Source: Candidatus Saccharimonadota bacterium (lineage in GTDB: Bacteria > Patescibacteriota > Gracilibacteria > Absconditabacterales > Absconditicoccaceae). Taken from it: a DNA stretch of 32,000 nt. The stretch covers positions 1,080,001-1,112,000 of the forward strand of contig CP006913.1 in assembly GCA_000503875.1 (NCBI GenBank), given 5' to 3'. How positions within the stretch are numbered: position 1 is the first letter of the stretch; every line of letters starts with the position of its first letter. The position numbers and the translations under genes were made by a program. The notes under the pieces are model-generated. The model saw only the letters and a program-made list of their open reading frames with translations, was not told the DNA's origin and did not search any database. Positions 1 through 8,686 of the stretch are shown one piece after another.

Positions 1-70
1 CCCTATCGGAGTCGAACCGATCACCTCCTGCGTGCAAAGCAGGCGCTCTAGCCAAATGAGCTAAGGGCCC
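1..70 (-). tRNA. tRNA-Ala(UGC), 3' end cut by window edge
   Basis: Revcomp GGGCCCTTAGCTCATTTGGCTAGAGCGCCTGCTTTGCACGCAGGAGGTGATCGGTTCGACTCCGATAGGG folds as a cloverleaf. Anticodon loop is TTTGCAC (TGC) and T-loop is TTCGACT. The last ~4 acceptor nt lie off-window. Confidence 0.9.
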
Positions 71-128
71 ATGTAATGGGCAACGTTTTTACTTAGATAT
101 CTTTTCTAGAGGTGAATATCTAAACACC

Positions 129-202
129 TAATCAAGCGCTCCTTGTCCTCTTTAGAGGATAGCCAAATGAGCTAAGGGCCCATGTAATGGGCAACGTTTT
201 TA
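129..202 (-). repeat. Partial duplicate of the tRNA-Ala leader plus tRNA nt 1-22, fused to a conserved 38-nt module
   Basis: 160-202 is an exact 43-nt copy of 49-91 (tRNA nt 22..1 plus a 21-nt leader). 129-166 (TAATCAAGCGCTCCTTGTCCTCTTTAGAGGATAGCCAA) is identical to 11198-11235 beside tRNA-Gly(GCC). Confidence 0.85.
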
Positions 203-206
203 AATT

Positions 207-289
207 TGGGGAGAGTAGGATTTGAACCTACGTAGACGTGAGTCGTCAGATTTACAGTCTGATGCAATTGACCGCTCTGCCATCTCCCC
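207..289 (-). tRNA. tRNA-Tyr(GUA), long variable arm, CCA not encoded
   Basis: Revcomp GGGGAGATGGCAGAGCGGTCAATTGCATCAGACTGTAAATCTGACGACTCACGTCTACGTAGGTTCAAATCCTACTCTCCCCA. Anticodon stem is TCAGA/TCTGA, loop CTGTAAA, T-arm GTAGG-TTCAAAT-CCTAC. Confidence 0.9.
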
Positions 290-296
290 ATATATT

Positions 297-533
297 TTAT
301 ATAGAAGGAACCGTTTCCGTAACCGCTTGAGATATAGGAAGCACACCAAAGAGAATAAGAAAGCCTACAATAATAATCAAAAAACCAAAAATCACATAGC
401 CATTTCTTGTCGAACTCATATGGCGTTCAAACCATTCAATTCTTCAAAACAAATCAGTAACTGCCTGAGAAAAATACATCAATACACCTCCCAATCCAGC
501 AACAAATAACCCAACAAAGATTTGTTTTAGCAT
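297..533 (-). CDS. Small membrane protein (78 aa), one in-frame UGA
   Basis: ATG at 533, TAA at 297-299. Translation MLKQIFVGLFVAGLGGVLMYFSQAVTDLFGRIEWFERHMSSTRNGYVIFGFLIIIVGFLILFGVLPISQ... shows two hydrophobic helices. It is missed by the standard-code track. Confidence 0.45.
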
Positions 534-582
534 TTCTTCATAAGGAATAATAAAGAGCTTAGCATCAAATTAACAGTTTCGT

Positions 583-656
583 AGCGGATAACGGGACTCG
601 AACCCGTACGAACAGAGCTGAAGTCTGCTATGCTACACCAATTACATCATATCCGC
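583..656 (-). tRNA. tRNA-Gly(UCA), the UGA decoder
   Basis: Revcomp GCGGATATGATGTAATTGGTGTAGCATAGCAGACTTCAGCTCTGTTCGTACGGGTTCGAGTCCCGTTATCCGCT. Acceptor is GCGGATA/TATCCGC, anticodon stem GCAGA/TCTGT, loop CTTCAGC (anticodon TCA), T-arm ACGGG-TTCGAGT-CCCGT. G1:C72, C2:G71, G3:C70 and discriminator U73 are Gly identity elements. Confidence 0.9.
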
Positions 657-889
657 GTATTAGGATACTACAAAAAAAACACGCTGAGTCCAATATATAG
701 GAAAAAAAAACCTAAAATCAAGTAATTTTTTATAAAAAATGGTTGTTTTAAAAAGCAGTTTAGAAGCAGATATAGACAAAAAAACCACCAAAAAGACAAA
801 AAACATTTAAAAAAGGGAGGAAAAAAGTGATTTGAAAAAGGCTTTTTTTTAGTTATATATAAGAAATTTTTTAAATCAACCTTAAAAGC

Positions 890-1831
890 ATGTTTTTTAA
901 CAGCAGAAAACTTCAAATTATTTTTACAAATATTCTAGGAATAGGGCTTGGATACTTCATTTATCAACAAAGTTCTTTCTCACAGGAACAAATGTTAGTA
1001 TATATATGTCTACAAACCATAGGAATAAATCTTCTTTTTTTTCAACAAAAAATATTTAAAATTATAAGTTTACCTTTTATGGTTAGCCTCTGAGTCTTTC
1101 TTCTTTTGGGGTTTTTGCCCTTATACAAAAACAGTCTCAATGAATCGACATTTTATCTTAGTCAACAAATTGACTATATCTTCCTAGGAAATCCCCAAAA
1201 TATTGAAATAAAAGAAACCTGAGGGTTTGGAGAACAAAAAATCATTCCAACACAAAACAATCAAAAACTTTTTTTTATAGAAAGTCCTTCAAGAACAATT
1301 GTTTTCGACGAAAAAATCGAATCTCCACAAGAAAAAAATAAATTAGTAATCAAATTTCCCGATAACACAATATATATAATGTATCCTTGATCCAAAGTTG
1401 TTTTAGAAAAGAAAAACGAAATCTACGCTCTTAGTAAAGAATATGGGAAAAGTGAATTTTATCAACCAACCAACAATACACAAGTACAAATAATAAATAG
1501 CAACACTCAAGAACAGAAAAATAAATCTGATTTTAATGTATGATATATGATCGATAATTATGAAAAACGTAAAACACAATATATTATTGATCAAGCAGGA
1601 GGAAGTATAATTATGCAACCAATTTATCAACGTTTTTCTAAAAAAATATTGGATATTGCTTACAAAGTATGGCCAGATATTTATTCAAAAAATCTCAGAA
1701 ATTATGAAGAATACAGTCAATTTTTTGGACGAAAAAACACAATAACAGAGTATCAAACAACAGCCAATTGGCGACAAATTATTCTCCAACAAATTGGAAA
1801 ATGACGTCAAGAAACACGTATTTTATACTAA
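890..1831 (+). CDS. Hypothetical membrane-anchored protein (313 aa)
   Basis: ORFs 890..1093 and 1547..1804 are in the same frame. I checked every codon between them: only TGA interrupts (1091, 1220, 1388, 1541, 1802) and the first TAA is at 1829. The N-terminus is hydrophobic. The start codon is uncertain. Confidence 0.5.
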
Positions 1832-1839
1832 GAATAACC

Positions 1840-2262
1840 ATGAAAATTATTTCTTTAATGAGAGAAGAAAAGATAATCAAGGAGGATCTTGTTTTTCATT
1901 ATATAAAAAGTACTGGTCCTTGAGGACAAAACGTCAACAAGAGAAATACCAAGGTACAATTGTTTTTTAATTTCCAACAAAGCAAAAATCTCTCTGACCA
2001 AGAAAAAGTAATGTTACAAGAACTTTATAATGATGATACTATTATAATAATTTCTCATGAAGAAAGATCTCAAAAACAGAACAAAGAATCTGCTATCCAA
2101 AAATTGTTTAATGAAATAAATACAAATTTAATTCCTAGAAAAGAAAGATTAGCAACAAAATTTCCTCGTTCTCAAAAAACAAAAAGATATGTAGACAAAA
2201 CTAGACAATGACAGAAAAAAAAGATAAGAAACAGTAAAATATGCCTTGATAACGAAGAGTAA
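1840..2262 (+). CDS. arfB: ArfB/YaeJ-type peptidyl-tRNA hydrolase (class I release-factor domain, 140 aa)
   Basis: ...HYIKSTGP-[TGA]-GQNVNKRNTKVQL... gives the GGQ motif only if TGA 1921-1923 is Gly. SHEERSQKQNKESA and the basic C-terminal tail (KFPRSQKTKRYVDKTRQGQKKKIRNSK) are typical of 140-aa ArfB. Confidence 0.85.
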
Positions 2263-2316
2263 GTCAGTAGAATATATAGCCGCTAAATATAAATTTTTAT
2301 CTATTGTTTTGTATAT

Positions 2317-4218
2317 ATGTTACAAAAATATAAAAATCATTTCGCAGAAATTATGAGACAAAAAACCAATTTATCGTTTGATGAGGTTTTTGCTCTTATG
2401 GAGACTCCACCAGAAAATATTTGAGGAGATTTTGCATTTCCTTGTTTTCAATTTTCAAAAACACTTAAAAAAGCACCAAACACCGTTGCCCAAGAATTTG
2501 TAAAAGATTTAAATTCCAAATTTTTTACCAAATTTGAAGCTGTTGGTCCTTATGTAAATGCATATATTAACCCAGAACTATTTATCACTGATGTTTTTTT
2601 AACTCAAGATCCAACACCAGCTGATCGAGAAAACCAAGACACCAAAGTTCTTATAGAATATATGAGCGCGAACCCAAACAAACCACTACATATCGGACAA
2701 GCTAGGAATATTTGTATAGGTGATAGTATTAGAAAAGTATTTCATTATTTATGATATCAAACTCATGCATCAAATTATGGAGATGATAGTTGAGTAAATG
2801 TAGGATATAATATTGTGGGTCATCTTCATTATGGATTACCTATAGAAACAGATAAGAAATTCGATCATTATTGTGGAGAAATTTATACTCAAATGAGAGA
2901 AAAAGACGAAGATCCTCAGTTCAAAAAACTGTTGTCAGAAACTTTAAGAAAGATTGAAGACGGAAAAGATCCTGATGTTTATAGAATTCATCAAGAATAT
3001 ACCAAAAGATGTGCTTTGGAACAAATCAAAACATGTCGAAGAATGAACGCGTCTTTTGATATGATTAACTGGGAAACAGATATTCTTCATATGAAATTTT
3101 TTGCCGAAGCAATAGAACTTCTCAAAGAAAAATGATATGTAAAATACGTCGATGAAGGTGAAGCTACAGGTTGTCGAATTATAGATCTTTCAACATTACC
3201 AGAATATGAAAAGGAAGAAAAAAAATATCAAATTCTTATTAAATCTGATTGAGTAGCAACATACACAGCGAAAGATATTGCTTTTGCATTGTGGAAATTA
3301 GGCTATCTTACAAAAGATTTTTTGTATAAATCATTTACTCATGAAGCAAATGGAAACATTATTTATACAACAACTGGCGAGGCCACAGGAGAAATCAAAG
3401 AAAAATTCTGAAACTATAATATTGCGGTGACTGTTATCGACAATAGACAACTTCATCCACAAGAAGTAGTTAAATCATCTCTCAAGCTACTTGGATATCT
3501 AAATAAAAATAAAGAGTATACACCATTGGGATACGGTGTTGTATATCTTACACCAAAAACATTACTTAGTTTTTGATACCAACTTACCGAAGAAGAAAAA
3601 TTAGAAAAAAGACTTCCTTTCGCGAGTAGAAAAGGATGGACAGTTACTATAGATGAAATGTTGCATATGATCCACGAAAAAGCATATCGAGAAACCAAAG
3701 AACGTAATCCAGAAAAAGATGCAGAACGATTGGATGATGTTTCAGAAAAGATAGCAATCGGATCGTTAAGATTTTTCTTGATAAAAAGCGATATTTCAAA
3801 AGATATTGTATTTGATGTAGATGAAGCATTAGATATGCAATGAGAAAGCTGAGCATATATTCTTTATACATGAGCCAGAATACAAAGTTTAATAGACAAT
3901 AATCCAGAACCCATCCAAAATCTCTCTCCAGAAGAAATAGCAAAATTACTCACAGAACCTGAAGAATTTGCTCTTATCAAAAAAATAGCAGAACGAAACG
4001 AAATAATTTTGACAACTCAACAACAATTGGCGCCACATATTATTTGTAGATATTTGTTGGATATCTCTAAATTGGTAAATAGTTATTATGCAAATATCAA
4101 GATTCTCAAAAGCGAAGATCCCCTCAAGTCTTCAAGAATTTCTCTCTTACAAAAAACACTAGAAAGAATGAAAACAGCCATGGAACTTATAGGTATGAGC
4201 TTCCTAGAAAGAATGTAA
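2317..4218 (+). CDS. argS: Arginine--tRNA ligase (633 aa)
   Basis: Track ORFs 2815.., 3658.. and 4009.. share the frame of ATG 2317. I counted 10 in-frame TGAs. HIGH-type motif ANPNKPLHIGQARN, SD-[TGA]-VATYTAKDIA, and C-terminal ...MSFLERM-TAA. Confidence 0.95.
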
Positions 4219-4348
4219 TTTTTCAACTAAATTAATGAGCAATAAAAAGAACAAATAAAAGGAAATATCTAAAACTTCTATTGTTTTAAAAATCAGAAAT
4301 ACTCAATCAAGGTCGATAGCACAGCGAAAAAAAATCTAAATCAAAAAA

Positions 4349-4477
4349 GTGAGCGTTTACATTTTTAGGTGAAGAAAACACATGGAGTCGAATTTGTTTG
4401 TGTTTTCTACCGTTAAGAAAATGTAACAGCTCACGAGGGGTTTTTGGTTACTTTTTGACCCGGCAGCAAAAAGTAAC
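4349..4477. other. GC-enriched structured intergenic element (long nested hairpin plus an 11-bp hairpin)
   Basis: GTGAGC-G-TTTACATTTT ... AAAATGTAA-CA-GCTCAC encloses GAAAACACA...TGTGTTTTC (4349-4434). GTTACTTTTTG-acccggcag-CAAAAAGTAAC follows (4447-4477). It lies between the convergent argS and 4540..5121 genes. Confidence 0.3.
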
Positions 4478-4539
4478 ATTAAAAGTATCTCAGCGGGGCG
4501 AAAAAAATAAAAAAAACTTCAAATATTTTCTATAAAAAA

Positions 4540-5121
4540 TTATATATCAGTCTTAATACTCATCTTAATTTCCGAGGTAATCAACACCGTCGCCAACCCA
4601 TGTAACAAAATCCAAACAGGAGTAAGAACAATAAATTGAATAATATAATAATTACTCGTAAAACCACGAGCCAAAGTCTCTAATGATGCTGGATTTAAAC
4701 TATTCATTCATAAAATAACAATTTCCAAAGTAAGGATAAAACTAATAACCGTCAATGGCACCAAAAACAATGAAAATGTTTTTTGTAAAATTTCATCATT
4801 AGGCATTGTTATACGAATTTTAGATTTTTGATACATCAAAAATAATAAGATAAGATAGAGAATCAAAACGATGCTTGTCTTTCCTCACGTTATAAATGTA
4901 GCTATATCATTATAAGAAAACGTCAGAATTTTTAATGTTGGTGTTGTTATAAGAAATTGTATAAGAATATCCAACGACTGATTTGCTGCCAAACACAAAG
5001 TAGCCAAAATATAGTTTCCCAAAAGAACTTTAATCATTTTTTCATTACCAATAACGAAGGCCAAAATTACCAAGATTGCTATCAATAAAAAGAAAATATA
5101 CGAAACTACTGTATCTGTCAT
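4540..5121 (-). CDS. Hypothetical polytopic membrane protein (193 aa)
   Basis: ORF 4885..5121 continues through TGA codons at 4885 and 4708. I checked codon by codon down to TAA at 4540-4542. The protein is hydrophobic throughout. Confidence 0.6.
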
Positions 5122-5212
5122 AGCAAGCTACAAAGGGTAAAACTATTGCAAGTCAGCAACCAATCACTACTATACTATTGTGATTTTTATTTTCAAACAG
5201 AAAATAGAAGAG

Positions 5213-5902
5213 ATGAAAAACAACAAAAAATGATTTACCATGATGGAAATTATGGTTATTGTCGTATTAATTGGACTTTGACTTATTACCGTAATTGAAG
5301 CGCTCAAAAATAGCAATACCTATCTTCAAAAAACAAGACAAAAAATTATTGCTATCAATCTTGCAAGAGAAGGTATGGAACAAATGATAAATATCAGAAA
5401 TACTAATCGACAAAAACGAGCGGGAGAAAAAGAAGAAACTCGACTTAAATTAAATCCATCAATTGACGAAAGTTCAGATTGATTACAAAACGATTTATGG
5501 TTTGGTTCAGGAAATTATATAATTCTGACTACTACTATGGACAATCAACAATATTTTTACGCAAGTGGTGTTAATCAACCGTTGATTATAGATAATGGAA
5601 TAGGAAATACTGGGAATTTGAAATATTCACTTTGTGAAACAGGATGAAAGCGATCAGGTTGTCCCGGACAAATTCCTCAAAGTACAGAAGGATATTTTTT
5701 TAGAAAAATTGAAGGAAAATGACTTTTTAAGAAAGAATCTTCAACCACTGGCGGAGAACCAATAAACTGCCCTACTGGTGAAGATACCAACTGTTCCACC
5801 TCCTCCGCCAAAGAATTCCGTTTCTGCTCAATTGTAGAATACATAGGAAATGGGGTGGGAAAAGTTGAGCTTTGTAGTGTACTTACCAATTTTGAGAAAT
5901 AA
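5213..5902 (+). CDS. Type IV pilin / pseudopilin-like protein with a prepilin N-terminal methylation motif (229 aa)
   Basis: MKNNKK-[TGA]-FTMMEIMVIVVLIGL-[TGA]-LITVIEAL gives the canonical G|FTxxE cleavage/methylation site with E at +5, provided TGA 5231-5233 is Gly. Cys pairs sit in the C-terminal half. TAA at 5900. Confidence 0.8.
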
Positions 5903-5913
5903 ATTTTACTTAT

Positions 5914-5950
5914 AAAAAAAGCCTCCGGATAAACCGAAGGCTTTTTAAAA
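5914..5950. terminator. Bidirectional intrinsic terminator between convergent genes
   Basis: AAAAAGCCTCCGG-ataaa-CCGAAGGCTTTTT, flanked by A-runs and T-runs. Confidence 0.6.
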
Positions 5951-5956
5951 AAAGGA

Positions 5957-7285
5957 TTATTGTTTGATAAACTTAGCAGTTACAGAACCGCGATTTTCAT
6001 CAAAAACTTTAATTACATACGTACCCGATCTATATGACGAAACATCAAGTCGATATTCAAAAGCATCAATCTTTTCTGTTGAAACAATTCTTCCAGAAAG
6101 ATCAAATACTTGTAAATGAGAGGCTTTTGCCTTTCCAAAGCTAAGATAAATATAATCTATCGCAGGATTTGGATAAAGGTTAATTTCCTGGTCTTTGATG
6201 TTATCTTCAATACCGGTTATTACAAGATAATTTACCCTAACAGTTTTTGAAGCTGTGCTTATTCCACAAAACGAATTCATGGTTAAAGTAACAGTAAAGT
6301 ATCCATAATACGGATTGTAATTATATGTCGGCGACATCTCATTGGATGTACCACCTCCAGTAACATAGTTGTTACCAAAATGCCAATTATAAGAATATGC
6401 AGTTTTATAATCTGGAATAAAGTTGATATTTGAACCAAATATTGGTCCATATGGACCTTGTCCAGTATCTTGCACATAATTAAAGTTAGCTACTATTGGG
6501 ACAACCCAAATAGAGTCTGTTACATAACATGTTTTATCAGAATAAACCATACCTGCTGTAAGTAAATATTGAGTAGGCGAACTAACTACAACAGAATAAT
6601 TTGAATTGTTTGATAAAACATTAAGAGGATCAGATACATAACTCCAAGCATAGTTATTTGCAAAACCTAAAGCTTGAAGAGAAACACTGTTTCCAAAACA
6701 ATTGAAAGCTGTGTCTTTTACAGAAACATTCGGTCCTGAATAAACGTTAGTTGTTGCGTCAGCAACTTCAGTTCCCGAGGTATAAGTAACTGTAAATGAA
6801 CCTGATGTTGTTGCAATAAACATTCTATTTGCAACATTGTCTCCAGAGAAAGAACCAGTTCCTGGATCAGGAATATAAAGATCCAATAATAAGGTATCTC
6901 CGATACATAAGGATGGTAAAGGGTTTTGAATCCACAAAGATGCTTGAACAATAACTTGATCGGTTGTTGAACAACCATAAATATTTGTTACTGTACACAT
7001 ATATGTTCCCAAAGAAGGAAGCTGTGGTTGCATCAATGGAGAGGTAAAACCATTTGGTCCTTCCCAATAATAAGTATACGTCTGCCCAGGTCCAGGGTCA
7101 TCAGTAGTGATGACCGGCTGGACAAAAGCTTGACCCGAAGATAAATACAAAACCGCAACAACATTTACATCCGGTGAGGATGAAAAACTTTTGGGCGAAG
7201 ACGTATATACCTTCGATAATGGTTGACTTAAACCCAGTAATGGGAAGAAAGCCAAACACATTAGAAGTAATTTGTTTGCTTTCAT
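5957..7285 (-). CDS. Secreted Ig-like repeat protein with a T9SS type A (Por) C-terminal sorting domain (442 aa)
   Basis: Uninterrupted standard-code ORF with no UGA. Probable start is MKANKLLLMCLAFFPLLGLSQP (signal peptide). The C-terminus INLYPNPAIDYIYLSF...LQVFDLSGRIV...LDVSSYRSGTYVIKVFDENRGSVTAKFIKQ fits the Por_Secre_tail consensus (lYPNP..., GxY..., k..k). Confidence 0.85.
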   Translation of the reverse strand: MKANKLLLMCLAFFPLLGLSQPLSKVYTSSPKSFSSSPDVNVVAVLYLSSGQAFVQPVITTDDPGPGQTYTYYWEGPNGFTSPLMQPQLPSLGTYMCTVTNIYGCSTTDQVIVQASLWIQNPLPSLCIGDTLLLDLYIPDPGTGSFSGDNVANRMFIATTSGSFTVTYTSGTEVADATTNVYSGPNVSVKDTAFNCFGNSVSLQALGFANNYAWSYVSDPLNVLSNNSNYSVVVSSPTQYLLTAGMVYSDKTCYVTDSIWVVPIVANFNYVQDTGQGPYGPIFGSNINFIPDYKTAYSYNWHFGNNYVTGGGTSNEMSPTYNYNPYYGYFTVTLTMNSFCGISTASKTVRVNYLVITGIEDNIKDQEINLYPNPAIDYIYLSFGKAKASHLQVFDLSGRIVSTEKIDAFEYRLDVSSYRSGTYVIKVFDENRGSVTAKFIKQ

Positions 7286-7298
7286 AATTTCCTTTTTA

Positions 7299-8582
7299 TT
7301 AGGGTTCATAACAACCATTGCTGTCAATAACAATATAACCAGTTGTAAAACCAGTTATTTGTGTTCCTGAAGCGGGAGGAGTAGCTAATCTTACATCAAA
7401 TTGAGCAGTTCCACCAGAAGATGTTACTGTAACATTTGGTTGATTGTTTGGCGCAACCAAAACATAAGGATGAGTAGATTGAACTAAACTAACCGTATAA
7501 TTTGGAGTACCTCCAACAACAGTTATTGTATAAGTAATAATATCACTACCACAAATAGTTAATGGCATATTGTCTACAATACTAGTAATTGTTGGATATC
7601 CATGAACGGTAAACACAAGAGTATTAGAAGTAGACCAACAAGCACCTTGCTGTGATCTTACAACAATATTATGTGTTCCAACTGTTAATCCAGCGGTTGT
7701 AAACGTAGTTGCTGTTTCACCAGGAACCACAACACCATTATCAGACCATTCATATAAAGTAGCGCCTGTTGTTGTTGCTGTAAAGATAACCGAAGTTCCA
7801 AAACAAGCAGCATCACCAGTAGCATTACTAGTAAGAACGGTTGGGTTAGTACCAATAGCCGAAACAGTGATTCCATTAATTGTAGTATCACAACCAGCAG
7901 TATTAGTAACAACAACATGATAAGTTCCTGTTGATGATAAACCACCTTGAGTAGCGTTTGTTCCTAGTGGATTATTAAGTAAATCATACCACTGAACAGA
8001 AGCAAAAACTCCATTAACGGTAGCGGTTGCATCAGCAGATCCACAATTTTCAGGTGTTGTTGTTATAGTTACGTTTGGTAAAGCATGAACAGTAAACACA
8101 AGAGTATTAGAAGTAGACCAACAAGCACCTTGCTGTGATCTTACAACAATATTATGTGTTCCAACTGTTAATCCAGCGGTTGTAAACGTACTTCCTGTTT
8201 CACTAGGAACCACAACACCATCATCAGACCATTCATATAAAGTAGCGCCTGTTGTTGTTGCTGTAAAGATAACCGAAGTTCCAAAACAAGCAGCATCACC
8301 AGTAGCATTACTAGTAAGAACGGTTGGGTTAGTACCAATAGCCGAAACGGTGATTCCATTAATTGTAGTATCACAACCAGCAGTATTGGTAACAACAACA
8401 TGATAAGTTCCTGTTGATGATAAACTACCTTGAGTAGCGTTTGTTCCTAGTGGGTTATTAAGTAAATCATACCACTGAACAGAAGCAAAAACTCCATTAA
8501 CGGTAGCGGTTGCATCAGCAGATCCACAATTTTCAGGTGTTGTTGTTATAGTTTGGTGAACCCACAATAGTTTTGGGATCAC
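7299..8582 (-). CDS. Secreted Cys-containing Ig-like repeat protein; the body is out of frame with its own signal-peptide ORF
   Basis: 427-aa ORF with no UGA, containing two ~161-aa near-identical repeats (TITTTPENCGSADATATVNG...LVFTVH). A signal peptide MKRFLLLLGMVFTCTIVLGQ starts at 8658 in another frame. The C-terminal ~95 aa are paralogous to the 8687..9592 product. Confidence 0.7.
   Translation of the reverse strand: MIPKLLWVHQTITTTPENCGSADATATVNGVFASVQWYDLLNNPLGTNATQGSLSSTGTYHVVVTNTAGCDTTINGITVSAIGTNPTVLTSNATGDAACFGTSVIFTATTTGATLYEWSDDGVVVPSETGSTFTTAGLTVGTHNIVVRSQQGACWSTSNTLVFTVHALPNVTITTTPENCGSADATATVNGVFASVQWYDLLNNPLGTNATQGGLSSTGTYHVVVTNTAGCDTTINGITVSAIGTNPTVLTSNATGDAACFGTSVIFTATTTGATLYEWSDNGVVVPGETATTFTTAGLTVGTHNIVVRSQQGACWSTSNTLVFTVHGYPTITSIVDNMPLTICGSDIITYTITVVGGTPNYTVSLVQSTHPYVLVAPNNQPNVTVTSSGGTAQFDVRLATPPASGTQITGFTTGYIVIDSNGCYEP
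7587..8552. repeat. Tandem duplication, 2 x 483 nt, near-identical
   Basis: The run ...ggtaaacacaagagtattagaagtagaccaacaagcaccttgctgtgatcttacaacaatattatgtgttccaactgttaatccagcggttgtaaacgta occurs at ~7609 and again at ~8092. The protein repeats differ at only a few residues. Confidence 0.85.
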
Positions 8583-8686
8583 TAGTTTTTGGTGTCGGTT
8601 GTCCTAAAACTATAGTACAAGTAAACACCATTCCGAGCAATAAAAGAAATCTTTTCATTGTTTTATTTTTTTAGTTTATTAATTTT

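Noticed and set aside
129-166. The pseudo 5' halves scored as additional tRNA genes or split-tRNA halves
   Set aside because: After nt 1-22 and the insert there are only nt 23-28 of the D-stem. I could fold no anticodon arm, T-arm or 3' acceptor strand, and no matching 3' half is visible in the window.
222-509. 95-aa plus-strand ORF from the track
   Set aside because: It overlaps tRNA-Tyr, has a low-complexity basic composition, and is antisense to a better membrane-protein ORF (297..533, minus).
3453-3943. Minus-strand ORFs 3453..3698 and 3647..3943
   Set aside because: They are antisense to argS, whose identity is clear, and have typical AT-rich antisense composition.
6283-8401. Nested minus-strand ORFs (6283.., 6718.., 6867.., 7685.., 8168..) inside the island genes, including the LLLL/QQQQ-rich ones
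   Set aside because: They are alternative frames of the long Ig-like-repeat ORFs. 7685.. and 8168.. are the same out-of-frame reading of the two copies of the 483-nt duplication.
7587-8552. Diversity-generating retroelement (TR/VR pair) as an explanation for near-identical repeats here and at the shared C-terminal modules
   Set aside because: There is no reverse transcriptase gene in the window. The differences between copies are not confined to adenine positions, and the repeats are in-frame tandem or paralogous coding segments.
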